Part shown: positions 38,958 through 41,197 of the stretch, one piece after another
How the letters are laid out: each line of letters opens with the position of its first letter
Numbering within the stretch: the first letter of the stretch is position 1
DNA from: Caulobacteraceae bacterium
GTDB lineage: Bacteria; Pseudomonadota; Alphaproteobacteria; Caulobacterales; Caulobacteraceae
Assembly (NCBI GenBank): GCA_040380105.1
Contig: JBEIJS010000001.1
Coordinates: forward strand, 1 to 41,197
DNA length: 41,197 bases
Direction: 5' to 3'
The notes under the pieces: model-generated
The model's database searches: none
Told to the model about the DNA's origin: nothing
What the model saw: the letters and a program-made list of their open reading frames with translations, nothing else
Translations under genes and position numbers: made by a program

Positions 38958-39571
38958 TCGGGCGGCTCAGGGGCGTGCTGGCCGAGGTCGAGGCGGACCA
39001 CTGCCTCATCGACTGCGCCGGGGTAGGCTATGTGGTGGCGTGCGGGGCGCGAACCCTGGGCCGACTGCCGGCACCGGGCGATGAGGCAACCCTGCATATC
39101 GAGTCGAACTGGAACGCCGAGAGCGGGCCGCGCCTCTACGGCTTCCTGACCCGCGACGAGCGCCGGGCCTTCACCACCCTGACCGCCATCCAGGGCGTGG
39201 GCCCCAAGGCGGCCCTGTCGGTTCTGGACGTGCTGCCGCCCGGAGAGCTGGCGGCGGCGGTGGCGCGCGAGGACAAGGCGGCGGTGGCGCGGGCCAATGG
39301 TGTCGGGCCGAAGCTGGCCCTGCGCATCGTCACCGAGCTGAAGGGCAAGCCGCTGGGGGACGCCTCCTTCACGCCGAGCGCGCCCGGCCTCCATGCCGAG
39401 ATCGCATCGTCAAAGCCATCGGTCACCGGTGAAGCCGTTTCGGCACTGCTCGGTCTGGGCGTCGCCGAGGTCAATGCCCGCCGCGCGGTCGATCAGGCCC
39501 TGATCCGGCTGGGCGATGAGGCGGATCTGTCCGCCGTGATCCGCGCGGCCCTGCAGGAGCTCGGGCGGTGA
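38954..39571 (+). CDS. ruvA: Holliday junction branch migration protein
   Basis: MIGRLRG, GVGY, LYGF, GVGPK HhH motifs. Confidence 0.97.
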   Translation: MIGRLRGVLAEVEADHCLIDCAGVGYVVACGARTLGRLPAPGDEATLHIESNWNAESGPRLYGFLTRDERRAFTTLTAIQGVGPKAALSVLDVLPPGELAAAVAREDKAAVARANGVGPKLALRIVTELKGKPLGDASFTPSAPGLHAEIASSKPSVTGEAVSALLGLGVAEVNARRAVDQALIRLGDEADLSAVIRAALQELGR

Positions 39572-40602
39572 GCGAGGACCGGATCGTTTCGGGTGCGTCC
39601 GCCGTCGGCGATGGCCACGACCGCGCCCTGCGCCCCCAGACCCTGTCGGAGTTCGTCGGTCAGGAGCAGGCCAAGGGCAATCTGAAGGTTTTCATCGACG
39701 CCGCGCGGGGCCGGGGGGAGTCGCTCGACCACGTCCTGCTGTTCGGCCCGCCGGGATTGGGCAAGACGACCCTGGCGCAGATCGTGGCGCGCGAGCTCGG
39801 CGTCGGCTTCCGCGCGACCTCCGGGCCTATCCTGGCCAAGGCGGGGGATCTGGCGGCCATTCTGACCAATCTCGAACCCCGCGATGTACTGTTCATCGAC
39901 GAGATCCACAGGCTTGCTCCGACGGTCGAGGAGATCCTCTACCCGGCCATGGAGGACCATGTGCTGGACCTGATCATCGGCGAGGGGCCGTCGGCGCGGT
40001 CGGTGCGCATCGATCTGGCACCCTTCACCCTGGTCGGGGCGACGACGCGGGCAGGACTGCTGGCCACGCCGCTGAGGGACCGGTTTGGCATTCCGCTGCG
40101 GCTGGAGTTCTACACGCCCGAGGAACTGGTCCGGGTCATCACCGGGGCGGCGCGCAAGCTGGGCGTCGGCATCAATGACGAGGGCGCGCGCGAAATCGCC
40201 AGCCGTTCGCGGGGCACGCCGAGGGTGGCCGGGCGGCTGCTGCGCCGGGTGCGGGATTTTGCTGAGGCCGAGGGCTCGCCGGTCATCGACCGGCTGTCTG
40301 CGGCACGGGCGCTGGCGCGGCTGGAGGTCGACGAGGCGGGACTGGACAGTCTGGACCGCCGTTTCCTCAAGGCCCTGATCGAGAACTACGGCGGCGGGCC
40401 GGTTGGCATGGATACGCTGGCGGCGGCCATCGCCGAAGCGCGCGATGCGGTCGAGGACGTCATCGAACCCTATCTGCTGCAACAGGGCTTCATCCAGCGC
40501 ACGCCGCGTGGACGGATGGCCTGTGCGCGCGCCTATGAACATCTGGGTCTGGCCGAACCACCCAAGGGTCCGGATCCCGGCGGACTGTTTGGCGGCAAAT
40601 AG
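39568..40602 (+). CDS. ruvB: Holliday junction branch migration helicase
   Basis: [31 protein letters not shown]. Confidence 0.98.
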   Translation: MSEDRIVSGASAVGDGHDRALRPQTLSEFVGQEQAKGNLKVFIDAARGRGESLDHVLLFGPPGLGKTTLAQIVARELGVGFRATSGPILAKAGDLAAILTNLEPRDVLFIDEIHRLAPTVEEILYPAMEDHVLDLIIGEGPSARSVRIDLAPFTLVGATTRAGLLATPLRDRFGIPLRLEFYTPEELVRVITGAARKLGVGINDEGAREIASRSRGTPRVAGRLLRRVRDFAEAEGSPVIDRLSAARALARLEVDEAGLDSLDRRFLKALIENYGGGPVGMDTLAAAIAEARDAVEDVIEPYLLQQGFIQRTPRGRMACARAYEHLGLAEPPKGPDPGGLFGGK

Positions 40603-40652
40603 GGTTCACCTCGGGCGCGAACCCCGTCATGCTCGGGCTCGAAGGAGACGGT

Positions 40653-41042
40653 ATGGCGCGAAAGGCGATCCGGACAGAGCGGCTGATCGCGGTGCTGGGC
40701 ATCGTGGTTCTGGTACTTGGCGCCGTGGCGGTCTGGCTGACCACACGTGGCTCGGGTCCGGACTTCGTCCAGGAGCCGCCGGCCAAACGGGTGCTGCGGC
40801 AGGCCCGCGAACAGCTGGGACCCGGAGCCGAGGTACAGCTGATCGAGCCGGGACGCGGACGGGTGGTCTGCGGCTATATCGCAGCCGGGCGTGGCGGGCG
40901 GGCTGTGGGGTTCATCTCGCGTCCGAACCGTATGCTGCTGAGCCAGGATCCGCTGAACGGCGAGTTCCGCGCCATGATCGGTGCCGACTGCCCCGATTTT
41001 CCGGAACTGCCGACGAGCCAGCCGGTTGTGAGCCGGCCATGA
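40653..41042 (+). CDS. Hypothetical single-TM protein between ruvB and ybgC
   Basis: N-terminal TM helix, VVCGY motif, stop overlaps the ybgC ATG. Confidence 0.7.
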   Translation: MARKAIRTERLIAVLGIVVLVLGAVAVWLTTRGSGPDFVQEPPAKRVLRQAREQLGPGAEVQLIEPGRGRVVCGYIAAGRGGRAVGFISRPNRMLLSQDPLNGEFRAMIGADCPDFPELPTSQPVVSRP

Positions 41043-41197
41043 TAGACAGTCCAACAGCCGGCCGGTTCGAGGGTCGCGAGCATCGTCTGCCGGTCCGGGT
41101 CTATTACGAGGACACAGACTTCACGGGCCTCGTCTATCACGCCAACTATGTCCGCTATTTCGAGCGGGGGCGGTCGGATGCCCTGCGCCTGATGGGC
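41039..41197 (+). CDS. ybgC: YbgC/FadM acyl-CoA thioesterase (partial)
   Basis: Not in ORF track; [46 protein letters not shown]. Confidence 0.92.
   Translation, partial: MIDSPTAGRFEGREHRLPVRVYYEDTDFTGLVYHANYVRYFERGRSDALRLMG

Overview
High-GC alphaproteobacterial chromosome segment. Gene set, LexA box and intergenic repeats point to Caulobacteraceae, probably Brevundimonas (inference). It is mostly housekeeping: a partial sensor kinase, pyrD, sixA, gloB, phbB, gshA, rsmE, two acyl-CoA dehydrogenases with a LiuR-type MerR regulator, selO, nhaA behind a likely nhaA-II (Li+-II) riboswitch, a TonB-dependent receptor, an RND pump, lepA and yebC-ruvCAB-ybgC. Three type II toxin-antitoxin loci are present: an orphan parD, yefM-yoeB and DUF433/DUF5615. 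An accessory islet at about 30740-35020 holds an AT-richer GmrSD-like gene with a stop at codon 13, a divergent compact C5-cytosine-methyltransferase-like gene, and a hypothetical gene. It also holds an unannotated, strongly folded ~350-nt intergenic region (13-bp closing stem, nested G-U-rich helices, GNRA loops), my best candidate for an undescribed large ncRNA. At least five families of palindromic miniature intergenic repeats occur, two with compensatory base changes. Several single-base homopolymer frameshifts may be sequencing errors. All family assignments come from motif recognition by eye; no database searches were run.
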